A DNA stretch of 64,000 nucleotides, from positions 194-64,193 of the forward strand of contig JAWKQQ010000006.1 of assembly GCA_041390065.1 (NCBI GenBank), in the 5' to 3' direction. Each line of letters opens with the position of its first letter. Within the stretch, counting starts at the first letter, position 1. This document shows, piece by piece, positions 1-10,867 of this stretch. A program made the translations under genes and the position numbers. The notes beneath the pieces are model-generated. The model was not told the origin of the DNA, searched no databases, and was given only the letters and a program-made list of their open reading frames with translations. The stretch comes from Candidatus Krumholzibacteriia bacterium. GTDB lineage: Bacteria; Krumholzibacteriota; Krumholzibacteriia; LZORAL124-64-63.

Positions 1-166
1 TGATGCCGCGCTCACGCTCGAGATCCATGGAATCGAGGGTCTGCTCGGTGAGGTCCTTGCCCGAGAGGGTGCCGGTGGTCTCGAGCAGGCGGTCTGCCAG
101 CGTGCTCTTGCCGTGGTCGATGTGCGCGATGATGCAGAAGTTGCGCGTGTGCGCGAGGTCGGCCAT
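1..166 (-). CDS. lepA: Elongation factor 4 (LepA), N-terminal fragment; gene continues beyond window start
   Basis: Reverse translation from the ATG at comp(164-166) gives [32 protein letters not shown]...[12 protein letters not shown]. This is the GTPase G1 motif AHIDHGKST within a LepA-type N-terminus. Cut by the window edge. Confidence 0.9.
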   Translation of the reverse strand, partial: MADLAHTRNFCIIAHIDHGKSTLADRLLETTGTLSGKDLTEQTLDSMDLERERGI

Positions 167-167
167 G

Positions 168-839
168 TCAGAACCGCCAGCCCCACTGGGCCATGATGTA
201 GGTGGGCGCCCCGGTCGAGCCGATCGGCTGCGGCGCGGCGTCGGGGAAGTACTGGTCGAAGCGGTCGGGCACGGGCACGGGCTCCTCGTCGAAGTTGTAC
301 AGGCCGGCTCCCACGTAAGCATCCACGGCGACGATGAGCAAGATGCCGCCGGACCACCAGGCGAAGTCCAGGTAGGCGTCGTAGCGCAGATCCGCCTGGT
401 CGTCCCAGAGCCTCCGGTCGGTATTCTCGCGCGGGAGCGTCCGGGCGTGGTCGCGGTAGCGCGCACCGTTGCGATCGGCCTCCAGCATGTGGCTCCAGAA
501 GAACCACTCGGCGCCGAAGGCCAGCATCGCCCGCCAGCCGCCGCCCGCGTAGAGCTGCCCCCAGCCCGGGAACACCGGGGTCATGAGCACCGCGGCAGTA
601 CCGTTGACGCCCGTGTCGAAGAAGTCCCGCACCCGCGGCAACGCGAGCGCCACCGGCACCGGCAACGAATCGGGCGAGGCGGCGGCGAACGTATCGGCGG
701 CCGCGGCCTGCAGGCTGTCCAGCGCGGCCGTGGTGAGCCGCTCCTGGGCCCACGCCGGGCAGCCGGCCGCGACCAGCAGCCACAGCGCGACCAGCGCCAC
801 CCGTCGGGGCCTCGTCAGTTCCATGCGTACCTGGCTCAA
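168..839 (-). CDS. Secreted/membrane protein, DUF5683-like (family assigned from memory)
   Basis: 223-aa ORF with a hydrophobic N-terminal signal ([18 protein letters not shown]). Central [14 protein letters not shown]...FGAEWFFW block resembles DUF5683. Its stop abuts the lepA start. Confidence 0.5.
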   Translation of the reverse strand: MSQVRMELTRPRRVALVALWLLVAAGCPAWAQERLTTAALDSLQAAAADTFAAASPDSLPVPVALALPRVRDFFDTGVNGTAAVLMTPVFPGWGQLYAGGGWRAMLAFGAEWFFWSHMLEADRNGARYRDHARTLPRENTDRRLWDDQADLRYDAYLDFAWWSGGILLIVAVDAYVGAGLYNFDEEPVPVPDRFDQYFPDAAPQPIGSTGAPTYIMAQWGWRF

Positions 840-1094
840 TCCTGGTCCTTCCCCCTGGCGATCGACGTTGCAACGCCGCGGTTCCGAGGAGGTTCCGGGC
901 CGTCACGCCGGCGACGGCCGGGGCCGAGCCAATATACCGTGCAGCAGGGCAGGGGCAACCACGAACTCCCTGGTGGAGCACCGATCGGAGGTCAAGGAAA
1001 CCTAAAGCGACGCCCGCGGTCGACCGAACACGCTCATGGATCTCGTCCGGGGGGACGACCAGAATCCGGTTCGCCGGGTCGATCGGGGGAAGCC

Positions 1095-1874
1095 ATGACG
1101 GACACCGCCGCGGAACCGGGATGCCGCGAAGCGCTCGCCAGGCTCGTGCTCGGCATCGCCCACGAGCTCAACAATCCCAACACGCACATCCGGCTAAGCG
1201 CCGCGAACATGTCTCGGCTGGTCCACCTTCTGCGGCCGGCGCTGAGCCGGTGCCCGGACCTGGTCGACGGCCGCACCCCGCTGGAGATCCTCGCGCTGCT
1301 CGAAGCCGCGGCCGCCGGCGTCCTGGACGCCTCCGCGCGCATCGGCGCGGCGGCCGAGCGGCTGAAGGCCTGCACTGTCGACGGCCTGCAACGCGCCGCG
1401 GCGGTGGACCTGGACGTCGTCGTCCGCGACGTCCTGGCCTGCCACGCCTACCTCGCCGGCGACGGCACGCGATTCCGCTACCGGTGCCATGCCGACCTCC
1501 CGGCGGAGGTCCCGGGCTTCCGGCTCCTGCTCGAGCAGGCGGTCTCCTGCCTCGTCACCAACGCCCACGACGCGGTCGCCGACCGCCGGCGGGCCGAGCC
1601 CGGCCACGTCGGCCGGGTCGAACTCGCGCTCGCCGACACCGCGGACGGGCTGGCGATCGAGGTCCGTGACGACGGCTGCGGGATGGACTCCGCCACCCGT
1701 GATGCCGCCTTCGATCTGTACTTCACCACCAAGGAGTTCGGCCACGGCGACGGGCTCGGCCTGCCGCTCTGCCGTTCGATCGCAACGCAGCATGGCGGCC
1801 GGATCGCGGTCGTCAGCGAGAGGGGCGCGGGAACCACGGTGACGCTGGTCTTCCCGCGGAAAGGGAGGACGTGA
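1095..1874 (+). CDS. Small cytoplasmic histidine kinase (DHp + HATPase only, no TM or sensor domain)
   Basis: ATG at 1095 in the frame of ORF 3..1874. H-box LGIAHELNNPNT; ATPase N/G boxes (VTNAHDAV, VRDDGCGMD, GHGDGLGL). The upstream part of the 623-aa ORF is Arg/Pro-rich GC artefact. Stop overlaps the next start (GTGA). Confidence 0.8.
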   Translation: MTDTAAEPGCREALARLVLGIAHELNNPNTHIRLSAANMSRLVHLLRPALSRCPDLVDGRTPLEILALLEAAAAGVLDASARIGAAAERLKACTVDGLQRAAAVDLDVVVRDVLACHAYLAGDGTRFRYRCHADLPAEVPGFRLLLEQAVSCLVTNAHDAVADRRRAEPGHVGRVELALADTADGLAIEVRDDGCGMDSATRDAAFDLYFTTKEFGHGDGLGLPLCRSIATQHGGRIAVVSERGAGTTVTLVFPRKGRT

Positions 1875-2302
1875 TGACGACGAAGCCTGACGTGAACATC
1901 CTGATCGTGGACGACGACCCGGACCTCGCCGCGAGTCTCCGGCTCTACCTCGAACTGCGCGGCCATGACGCCGAGGCCGTCACCGCGCCGGAGGCGGCGC
2001 TCGCCCGCCTGGAGGCCGACCGCTACGACATCGTCCTGTCGGATCTGATGATGCCGGGCATGGACGGCGTCGAGCTGCTGCACCGCATCAAGCAGCGGCA
2101 GGCCGACGCGATCGTGGTCATGATCACCGCCTCGGACAACCTGGCCAAGGTGGTCGCCGCCCGCCTCGAAGGCGCGGCCGACTACCTGCTCAAGCCGCTC
2201 GCGAACATGACCGACCTCGATGCCGTCATCGACCGCGCCGTGCAACAGGTCAGGCGCTGGGACGGCATCCTGGATCGGGTGCGCCGGAGCAAGGTCTCAT
2301 GA
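1871..2302 (+). CDS. Single-domain response regulator (CheY-like receiver)
   Basis: NILIVDDDPD..., phospho-acceptor context IVLSDLMMPGMDG, conserved Lys in YLLKP. No output domain. AAGGGAGGA Shine-Dalgarno sequence upstream; GTG start. Confidence 0.85.
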   Translation: MMTTKPDVNILIVDDDPDLAASLRLYLELRGHDAEAVTAPEAALARLEADRYDIVLSDLMMPGMDGVELLHRIKQRQADAIVVMITASDNLAKVVAARLEGAADYLLKPLANMTDLDAVIDRAVQQVRRWDGILDRVRRSKVS

Positions 2303-3144
2303 CCCGGGCCGGCCGGACCCTCGCGGCGCTCGGGGCGGGCTTCCGGGCCCCGGTCCTGCCGGAGAACCTGCGCGGCCTGGTTGCCGCGCTGAGCGATCCG
2401 GAGGCGGGTCTGGTCAAGCTCGAACGCATCATCGTCCGTGATCCCGGCCTCGTGATGCGGATCCTGCGCACGGTGAACGCCGCCACCTTCGGCCTGCCGA
2501 ACCGGATCGGCGACATCCGCCAGGCCATCATTCTCCTGGGCGTGCCCGCGGTCTCGACCTTGGCCGCGGGCTACCTCGTCACCGGGACGATCGGCGGGTC
2601 GCCCGGTCTGGCGACCGCTCAGGTGCGCCGCTGCTGGCGGCGGGCGGTGCGCGACGCGGCCGGGGTGCGGCTGCTCGCGCGGGACCTCCCGCCGGCCGAC
2701 GGCCAGGCCGTCCTGCTGGCCGCCATGTGCCAGCACGTCGGCCATCTCATGCTGGCGCGCCACTTCGGCGACCGCTACACCGACCTCGGCGAGGGCAAGC
2801 CGCTGCCCACTCCCGACCTGGAGACCGCGCTCGTGGGAATCGATCATGCCGTCGCCGGCTCGGCGTTGCTGTCGGGCTGGGAGTTTCCCGCCCCGGTGGT
2901 GGCGATGGTGGAGCTGCACCACACCGACGTCCGCGGCCCCGGAGCGGGCGACGGCGTCCGCCGGCTGCAGGCCGCCACCGCCCTGCTCGACGGCCTGGAC
3001 CGCGACCCCGGGCTGCTCGGCCGGCCCGCGATCGCGGTGGACGAGCGGCTGCGGGATGCGCTGTCATCAATCGGCTGGACATGGGAACGGGTGGCGGGCG
3101 AGCGGCGGAACTGGCAGGCGGCCGCTCTGGGCCCGGCGGAGTAG
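2299..3144 (+). CDS. HDOD domain signalling protein
   Basis: ATGA overlap with the upstream response regulator. Contains LERIIVRDPGLVMRILRTVNAATFGLPNRIGDIRQAIILLG and later GIDHAVAGSALLSGWEFP, typical of HDOD. Confidence 0.75.
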   Translation: MTRAGRTLAALGAGFRAPVLPENLRGLVAALSDPEAGLVKLERIIVRDPGLVMRILRTVNAATFGLPNRIGDIRQAIILLGVPAVSTLAAGYLVTGTIGGSPGLATAQVRRCWRRAVRDAAGVRLLARDLPPADGQAVLLAAMCQHVGHLMLARHFGDRYTDLGEGKPLPTPDLETALVGIDHAVAGSALLSGWEFPAPVVAMVELHHTDVRGPGAGDGVRRLQAATALLDGLDRDPGLLGRPAIAVDERLRDALSSIGWTWERVAGERRNWQAAALGPAE

Positions 3145-3146
3145 GT

Positions 3147-3245
3147 TGGCGGGAACGTGTGGGAATCGAACCCACCTCGGACGGTATGACGCGCCCGACA
3201 GAGGGATTTGAAGTCCCCGGCCGTCACCAGACGACACTCGCTCCC
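3147..3245 (-). tRNA. selC: tRNA-Sec (anticodon TCA)
   Basis: Minus-strand sequence GGGAGCGAGT-GTCGTC-TGGT-GACGGC-C-GGGGA-CTTCAAA-TCCCT-...-GTGGG-TTCGATT-CCCAC-A-CGTTCCC-G-CCA. It has a 6-bp D-stem with a 4-nt D-loop, a UCA anticodon in a canonical 7-nt loop, a long variable arm (7-bp stem TCGGGCG/CGTCCGA), acceptor plus T stems summing to 13 bp, discriminator G and an encoded CCA. Confidence 0.8.
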
Positions 3246-3288
3246 GCGCGTGCCAGAAACCTAATCTCGACCCGCCGGTTTGACCAGA

Positions 3289-5109
<1,821 letters not shown>

Positions 5110-5121
5110 GCTTCGAGCTCC

Positions 5122-6516
5122 TTACGAGGACGCGCTCACGCGGGCGATGAGATCACGGGCCGCCGCCGCCGACGCAGCCTCGGCGATGATGCGGACCACG
5201 GGTTCGGTGTTCGACGGCCGGACGTGCACCCAGGCGCCGTCGCCGGTCCACTTCAGGCCGTCGCGCTGGTCGAGGGTGCCGGGGCCGAGGGCGCCGAGGG
5301 CGGCCACGAGCGCCGGGCCGGTCGGCAGGGCATCGGCCGCCACCTTGTCCTTGACCATGACCACGGGCGGGAAGTCGCCCACGATCGAACTCAGCGGCCG
5401 GGCCTGCTCGGCCAGCAGCTGCAGGATCATGGCGATGCCGACCACGGCGTCGCGGCCGGCGTGCAGCGCGGGGTAGATGACCCCGCCGTTGCCCTCGCCG
5501 CCGATGGTGCAGCCCTGGCCCAGGAGCGTGGCCACCACGTTGGCCTCGCCCACCTTGGTGCGATGCACCGGCTGACCGTGGCGCGCGGCAGCCTGCTCGA
5601 TCAGGCCGGTCGTCGACAGGTTCACGGCCACCGGTCCCGGCTCGCGGCCCAGGATGAAGTCGACCGCGAGCACGAGGGTCATCTCCTCGCTCAGCGCCAC
5701 GCCGCCGTCGGCGACCAGCGCCAGGCGATCCACGTCCGGATCGACGGCCACGCCCAGATCGGCGCCGCTCGCGGCCACCGTGCGGGTCAGCTCCTCCAGG
5801 TGGGCCGGCGTCGGCTCGGGGTCATGGGGAAAGCGGCCCGTCCGACCGCAGCCCAGCGCGGTGCACCGTACGCCCAGGCGCTCGAGCAGGGCCGGCACGA
5901 TGCGCCCCCCCGCCCCCTCGACGGCGTCGACCACGACGTGCAGGCCTCGCCGGGCGATGAGGTCGCGGTCGAGCCAGGGCAGGGCCAGGATGGCCGCGAG
6001 ATGGCGCTCGTCGGCGTCCTCGGCGTAGGACACGGCGCCCACCCGATCCCAGGCCACGTGACCGGCCTCGGCATCGTACAGTTCACGGACCCGGTCGTTG
6101 GCCGCGGCGTCAAGGAAGTGTCCGTGGCCGTCGAGGAACTTCAGGGCGTTCCACTCGACCGGATTGTGGCTGGCGGTGATGATGATGCCGCCCACCGCGT
6201 CGGTCCCCTGCACGGCCATCTCGGTGGTCGGCGTGGTCGCGATGCCGATGTCGACGACGGCGTGGCCGGTGGAGTCGAGGGCCGCGCACGCGGCGGGGCG
6301 GATCATGGGCCCGGTGGGACGGCTGTCGCGGCCGACCACCACGGGACCGGCCGGACACCAGGCCCCGTACGCGGCGGCCCAGCGGGCGGCGGCCACGGCG
6401 TCGAGTCCGTCGCCGATGACGCCGCGGACTCCCGATACACTCACGCGCAGCAATTCAGACAGGTCCTTTCCGGGCATGATCTGCCCAGGCGGGGGTCGGT
6501 AGCTCGGGCTGGCCAT
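5122..6516 (-). CDS. glmM: Phosphoglucosamine mutase-like alpha-D-phosphohexomutase
   Basis: Active-site loop GIIITASHNPVEWNALKF and metal site GVAVDPDVDRL. Lies directly upstream of glmS. True start may be the internal MPGKDL (6477). Substrate specificity is not provable from sequence. Confidence 0.7.
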   Translation of the reverse strand: MASPSYRPPPGQIMPGKDLSELLRVSVSGVRGVIGDGLDAVAAARWAAAYGAWCPAGPVVVGRDSRPTGPMIRPAACAALDSTGHAVVDIGIATTPTTEMAVQGTDAVGGIIITASHNPVEWNALKFLDGHGHFLDAAANDRVRELYDAEAGHVAWDRVGAVSYAEDADERHLAAILALPWLDRDLIARRGLHVVVDAVEGAGGRIVPALLERLGVRCTALGCGRTGRFPHDPEPTPAHLEELTRTVAASGADLGVAVDPDVDRLALVADGGVALSEEMTLVLAVDFILGREPGPVAVNLSTTGLIEQAAARHGQPVHRTKVGEANVVATLLGQGCTIGGEGNGGVIYPALHAGRDAVVGIAMILQLLAEQARPLSSIVGDFPPVVMVKDKVAADALPTGPALVAALGALGPGTLDQRDGLKWTGDGAWVHVRPSNTEPVVRIIAEAASAAAARDLIARVSASS

Positions 6517-6666
6517 TCATCATATCAGCGTCCGGAGCGGGTGCAAGTCGCATTCCAGGCGAGATCCCCGGCGTGAGGATCGCCCTCATGGTTTGCAGGA
6601 AACCCCGATCCTTACTTGCCGGTCCGCGCCGGACACGTTACGATCAAACGTCTAAGGAGGCTCGCC

Positions 6667-7923
6667 ATGGAAGGATCCTGGCCCGGCTTCGCGTCCCCTC
6701 GGCTCCGGCGCACGGCGGCGTTCAGCCTGCTGCTCGTCTGCGCGCTGGCCACCACCGCCGAGGCCGCCAAGCTGCGCATCAGCAACCGTTACAGCGCGTT
6801 GAACCGGTACCGGCCCGGGCGCGAGCACACCGATTACATCGTGCTGCACACCACCGAGGGCAACGACGCCCCCTCCCTCGCCCGCGTGCGCCAGGGCGGC
6901 CTCGCCCACTACATCGTCATGCGGGACGGACGGGTCCACCGGGTGATCAAGCGGCAGCTGGTGGCCCGCCACGCCGGACGCAGCATGTGGGACGGGACCG
7001 AGAACCTCGACCAGCACAGCATCGGCATCGAGGTCGTGGGTTACCACAACCGGCCCCTGCGCGACCAGCAGATCACCGCGCTGGCCGAGCTCATCCGCCA
7101 GCTCCAGAGCACCTACGGCATCTCCGACGACCACGTCCTGACCCACAGCATGGTGGCCTACGGCAAGCCCAACCGCTGGCACCGACACCCCCACCGCGGA
7201 CGCAAGCGGTGCGGCATGCAGTTCGCCCAGCCGGAGTTGCGGGCCAGATTGGGCCTGGAGAGCCGGCCGCTTCGCGACCCCGACGTCGTCGCGGGCCGCC
7301 TGGTGGAGGCCGACCCGTACCTCGCGACGGTGCTCTACGCACCCGAAGAGCAATCCGAAGCGGTCGCTGCCGCCGAGTTCACCGGTCCGGACAACAACGT
7401 GATCTCGGGCACCCGCACGGCGTGGTTCATCGCCCGCGATCTGTACGACGCCCCGTCCACGGTCTACGTGCTGCCATCAGGCAAGCGCGTGCGCGGCAAT
7501 GAGATCACGGACTGGTCGCATATGCCGGCCGGGACGCAGGTGCTGCTGGACCAGGCGCAACCGGCCGCCCTCTCCCCCGCACCGGCCTTCCTGACGCTCG
7601 GCCCCAACGAAGCGGCCAGCCTCGTGGCCGGCGAGGCCTACGACCAGGGCACCACGGTGTACGTGCGCCCCGACGGGCGCATCCTCCGGGGCGACACCAT
7701 GTCCGAGCACGATTTTCGCCGTCTGCCGGCCGGAACCCGGGTGTTCCTGGGCTTCGAGTACGCGGGCAAGGTGACGGCGCGGCACACGGCGTACGACCTC
7801 TGCGGACCACGCTACCGCGAGGAGACGACCCTCTACCTGCTTCCAGGCGGACGGGTGAAGGCGGGCACCGAGATCCGCGAGGCGCGGATCCCCGGCGGCA
7901 CGCACGTGCTGGTGAGGTCGTGA
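6667..7923 (+). CDS. N-acetylmuramoyl-L-alanine amidase (Amidase_2/PGRP fold) with three C-terminal repeats
   Basis: AAGGAGG 6 nt before the ATG at 6667. Signal peptide AAFSLLLVCALATTAEA. Catalytic block DYIVLHTTEG...HYIV...ARHAG...HSIGIEVVGY...LTHSMVAY. Three ~50-60-aa repeats of the form T[VL]Y[VL].P.G+..+G. Confidence 0.8.
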   Translation: MEGSWPGFASPRLRRTAAFSLLLVCALATTAEAAKLRISNRYSALNRYRPGREHTDYIVLHTTEGNDAPSLARVRQGGLAHYIVMRDGRVHRVIKRQLVARHAGRSMWDGTENLDQHSIGIEVVGYHNRPLRDQQITALAELIRQLQSTYGISDDHVLTHSMVAYGKPNRWHRHPHRGRKRCGMQFAQPELRARLGLESRPLRDPDVVAGRLVEADPYLATVLYAPEEQSEAVAAAEFTGPDNNVISGTRTAWFIARDLYDAPSTVYVLPSGKRVRGNEITDWSHMPAGTQVLLDQAQPAALSPAPAFLTLGPNEAASLVAGEAYDQGTTVYVRPDGRILRGDTMSEHDFRRLPAGTRVFLGFEYAGKVTARHTAYDLCGPRYREETTLYLLPGGRVKAGTEIREARIPGGTHVLVRS

Positions 7924-7996
7924 GCGGGACGCCGGGCATAAAAAACCACAGCCTGTGAGGCTGCGGCGACCACGTCGGCGGTCCGTGCTCTTCTAG

Positions 7997-8072
7997 TGGA
8001 GCTGGTGTGCGGAATCGAACCGCAGACCTGCTCATTACGAGTGAGCTGCTCTACCAGCTGAGCTACACCAGC
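7997..8072 (-). tRNA. tRNA-Thr (anticodon CGT)
   Basis: 76 nt: GCTGGTG-TA-GCTC-AGCTGGTA-GAGC-A-GCTCA-CTCGTAA-TGAGC-...-GCGGTTCGATTCCGC-CACCAGC-T-CCA. Clean cloverleaf with encoded CCA. Confidence 0.9.
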
Positions 8073-8089
8073 TCCCAAGAAGAGTCGAA

Positions 8090-8165
8090 TGGTGCCTAGG
8101 GGCGGACTTGAACCACCGACACCCGCATTTTCAGTGCGGTGCTCTACCAGCTGAGCTACCTAGGC
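8090..8165 (-). tRNA. tRNA-Phe (anticodon GAA)
   Basis: 76 nt: GCCTAGG-TA-GCTC-AGCTGGTA-GAGC-A-CCGCA-CTGAAAA-TGCGG-...-GGTGGTTCAAGTCCGCC-CCTAGGC-A-CCA. Confidence 0.9.
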
Positions 8166-8198
8166 ACCCGGGGCCGGCAAGACCGGCCAGGACGGGCA

Positions 8199-8227
8199 AT
8201 TAAACAACCGAGATCCCCGGTTGTCAA
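8199..8227 (-). promoter_or_regulatory. Sigma70-like promoter for the tRNA-Phe/tRNA-Thr pair
   Basis: Minus strand reads TTGACA (comp 8222-8227), N17, TTTAAT (comp 8199-8204), about 33 nt upstream of the tRNA-Phe 5' end. Confidence 0.5.
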
Positions 8228-8246
8228 GGCACGGCGGCCAATCAGT

Positions 8247-8651
8247 TCAGGCCGGGACCGCGCGGACGAGTTCCTCGATGTGATCGATCACCTCGTCGAT
8301 GTCGAACGGCTTGTACAGCGTGCGATCGGCCCGCGACCAGGTGGCGATGAACTTCTCCCGCTCGGGGGAATCGACCTTGCGCGCGGTGAGCAACAGGATC
8401 GGGAACGCCCGGTTCTGCGGATCGTGCTCCATCCATTCCTTCAGGAGTCGGCTCACCTCATAGCCGTTGCAGCCGGGGAGCATGACGTCCAGTAGCATGA
8501 CCTCGGGCTTGACCCGCTTGGCCAGTTCCAGGGCCTCCAGGCCGTCCTCGGCGGTGGTCACCTCGAACCCTCGCAGGGCCAGGCTGTAGTCGAGGGTGTC
8601 GAGGATGTCCCGCTCGTCATCGACGACGAGGATGCGCAGGGACTTGTCCAT
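8247..8651 (-). CDS. Single-domain response regulator (receiver)
   Basis: Only the last 134 aa of ORF 8247..10034 look real: MDKSLRILVVDDERDILDTL...MLLDVMLPGCNGYEV...LLTAR...LYKPFD. ATG at comp(8649-8651). Confidence 0.85.
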   Translation of the reverse strand: MDKSLRILVVDDERDILDTLDYSLALRGFEVTTAEDGLEALELAKRVKPEVMLLDVMLPGCNGYEVSRLLKEWMEHDPQNRAFPILLLTARKVDSPEREKFIATWSRADRTLYKPFDIDEVIDHIEELVRAVPA

Positions 8652-8695
8652 CTCGGTCCTCCCGGTCGGGGGTCGCGCCCCCAGGTCTGCCGCCC

Positions 8696-10798
8696 TCAAG
8701 AGGCGGGTGTGTGGACGGTCGTCTCGGTTTCGCTCTCGGTCTCGGTCGCAGGCGACGCCGCGCCCTCGCCCAGGTCCAGGATCTGCCAGCGCGAGCCGGC
8801 CAGCAGGCTCGAGCTCTCCGGCGCTGCGGTGGCCACCTGCCAGGCGGCATCCAGGCGCGCGGGATCTCGAACCAAACCGAGCCACAGCCCGGCCGCCAGC
8901 GGCCAGGACACCGCGCGCACGCCGCGGATCGGTCCGGTGCGGCGCGCCAGCTGCTCCAGGAACGCCCGGGCCTGCGCGCCGGCGGCCTCCAGCTCCCAGG
9001 AATGGCTCGTCGTGATCAGATGGCGCAGGTCCAGGCTCACGGGCACGGGCGCGTCGGGACCGTCGAGCGCGGCGGCGAGCTGCCGTCCCACGGTGACCAG
9101 CTGGCCACCGGCCGGATCGCGGGGCAGCACCAGCCACACGCTGGTGCCGCGGCCGGGGTGGCTGCTCAGGCGGACCTCGCCACCGTGCGCCTCGGCCAGT
9201 CCCCGGGTGATGTGCAGGCCGAGGCCGGCGCCCGGCAGCAGGCTCTGCTCCGCTCGCTGGTCCCGGCTGAAAGGCTCGAAGAGGCGCTGCAGGTAGTCCT
9301 CGCTCATCCCCATGCCGGAGTCCTCGACCAGGATGGTGAAGACGTCGCAGGCGAGGCCGAAGCGCTGGGCGAGGCGAGGACAGAGCCCGGGCGCCCGGTC
9401 GGGACGCTCGAGCAGGGCGACCCGGACCACCCCCCCGCGCGGCGTGTACTTGACCGCATTGCTGAGCACGTTGTGGAGCATCTGCTGCAGCTTGTCGGCA
9501 TCGACGCAGGCCCGGAACGAGGTCGGCACGTCGGCGGCAACCAGGCGCACGCCCTTCTCCCTGGCGGTCACCTCGAAGAGCATGAGGTCCTGGTGGAGGA
9601 TCTCGGCGAGGTCGACGGCCGCGGTGTGCACAGCCAGCCGGCCCGCCTCGGCGCGCTGGGCGTCCAGCATGTCGCTGAGCAGACGGTTGAGGCGATCGAG
9701 GTTGCGCTCGGTGGCGCCCAGGAACTTCCGCTGCGGCTCGGTCAACGGACCGGTGTCGCCGCGCAGGACCAGACCGAGGCTGGTCTTCATGGCCGTCAGC
9801 GGGGTGCGGAGCTCGTGCCCGAGGGTGCGCAGGGCCGCTTCCTGATCCGTCACGTCGGACCGGGCGGACGGGGCGGTGGCCGCCAGGGCCACCAGACGGG
9901 GCTGGCCCGGCTGGTCGGCCTCGCCCAGGGTGATGTCCAGGCTGCGACGACGCCCACGCGACGCCACCACGGTGTCGTTGGTGAGACCGGCGAGGTCCAG
10001 CCGCTGCACGGCTCCGAGCAACCAGGACTCCCACGCCGCGCCGTCGCGGCCCACGTTGTCCTCCAGGAGCGCGCGGGCGCGGTCGTTGACCGCCAGCACG
10101 GCCCGTGGCGAGACCAGGGCCAGGGCGGCCGGTGCTCGGTCCCAGCGTCCGGCCTCGAAACCGACCGGCGGCGGCGGCGCGACGACCGCGGCGTTCGCCG
10201 CACCCAGACGCTCGCAGCAGATCAACCAGATCAGGCGCGCCAGGCGCACCAGCGTGTGGCGTTCATCCACCGCGTCGGCCCGGCCTGCCAGCAGCACCAG
10301 CGCGTCGCGGGATCGCTCGGCGTCATGGAGCGTGAGCGGCAATGCCTGCAGCCAGCGCAGATCCAGGCGCCGCAGGAGAGGCGCGCCCGGCTGGAACGCA
10401 TCGTCGCCGAGCCGCCACCAGCGCTGATCGGGACCGAGGTCGTGCAAGGGACTCTGCCGGCTCACCAGGGCTTCCTGGAGATCGCGCCACTCGTGTCGGC
10501 GAGCACGCCCGGCGACGTGCTCGACCACCAGGCGTCCACCCTCACGGCGGCGCTCGACCACCACCGCCACGTCGCAGACGTCCGTCCGCAGGGCCAGGCG
10601 ACACCCGGCCTCCAGCGCGCGCTGCGGCCGCGGTCCTTCGAGAAGCGCCGCGGTCAGGCGCAGCCCGTACGCCTGGTCGTCACCCTTGCGGGGGCGTCCA
10701 CGGCCGAACAGGCGGGCCAGGTGGGTCGGCATGAATTGCTCTCCGGTCGGCGGCGGCGGAATCGCCACATGCGATTCAAGCCATTGCGGATACGTCAC
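8696..10798 (-). CDS. Sensor histidine kinase, cytoplasmic, with GAF/PAS-like N-terminus and an unassigned ~150-aa C-terminal extension
   Basis: H-box LGHELRTPLTAMK. HATPase boxes (HNVLSNAVKYTP, VEDSGMGM, GAGLGLHITRGLAEAHGG). No obvious TM helices. Start uncertain (alternative MPTHLARL). Confidence 0.8.
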   Translation of the reverse strand: MTYPQWLESHVAIPPPPTGEQFMPTHLARLFGRGRPRKGDDQAYGLRLTAALLEGPRPQRALEAGCRLALRTDVCDVAVVVERRREGGRLVVEHVAGRARRHEWRDLQEALVSRQSPLHDLGPDQRWWRLGDDAFQPGAPLLRRLDLRWLQALPLTLHDAERSRDALVLLAGRADAVDERHTLVRLARLIWLICCERLGAANAAVVAPPPPVGFEAGRWDRAPAALALVSPRAVLAVNDRARALLEDNVGRDGAAWESWLLGAVQRLDLAGLTNDTVVASRGRRRSLDITLGEADQPGQPRLVALAATAPSARSDVTDQEAALRTLGHELRTPLTAMKTSLGLVLRGDTGPLTEPQRKFLGATERNLDRLNRLLSDMLDAQRAEAGRLAVHTAAVDLAEILHQDLMLFEVTAREKGVRLVAADVPTSFRACVDADKLQQMLHNVLSNAVKYTPRGGVVRVALLERPDRAPGLCPRLAQRFGLACDVFTILVEDSGMGMSEDYLQRLFEPFSRDQRAEQSLLPGAGLGLHITRGLAEAHGGEVRLSSHPGRGTSVWLVLPRDPAGGQLVTVGRQLAAALDGPDAPVPVSLDLRHLITTSHSWELEAAGAQARAFLEQLARRTGPIRGVRAVSWPLAAGLWLGLVRDPARLDAAWQVATAAPESSSLLAGSRWQILDLGEGAASPATETESETETTVHTPAS

Positions 10799-10867
10799 TT
10801 AGAGACCAGGCAATGGGCGCTGAGGGCCATCGCCGACCGGGACGTTGCAACGGACGTGCCACGGAGG

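Noticed and set aside
8247-10034. A 595-aa ORF on the minus strand containing the receiver domain.
   Set aside because: Only the C-terminal 134 aa resemble a response regulator. The rest is Arg/Pro/Gly-rich and overlaps the well-supported histidine kinase in another frame.
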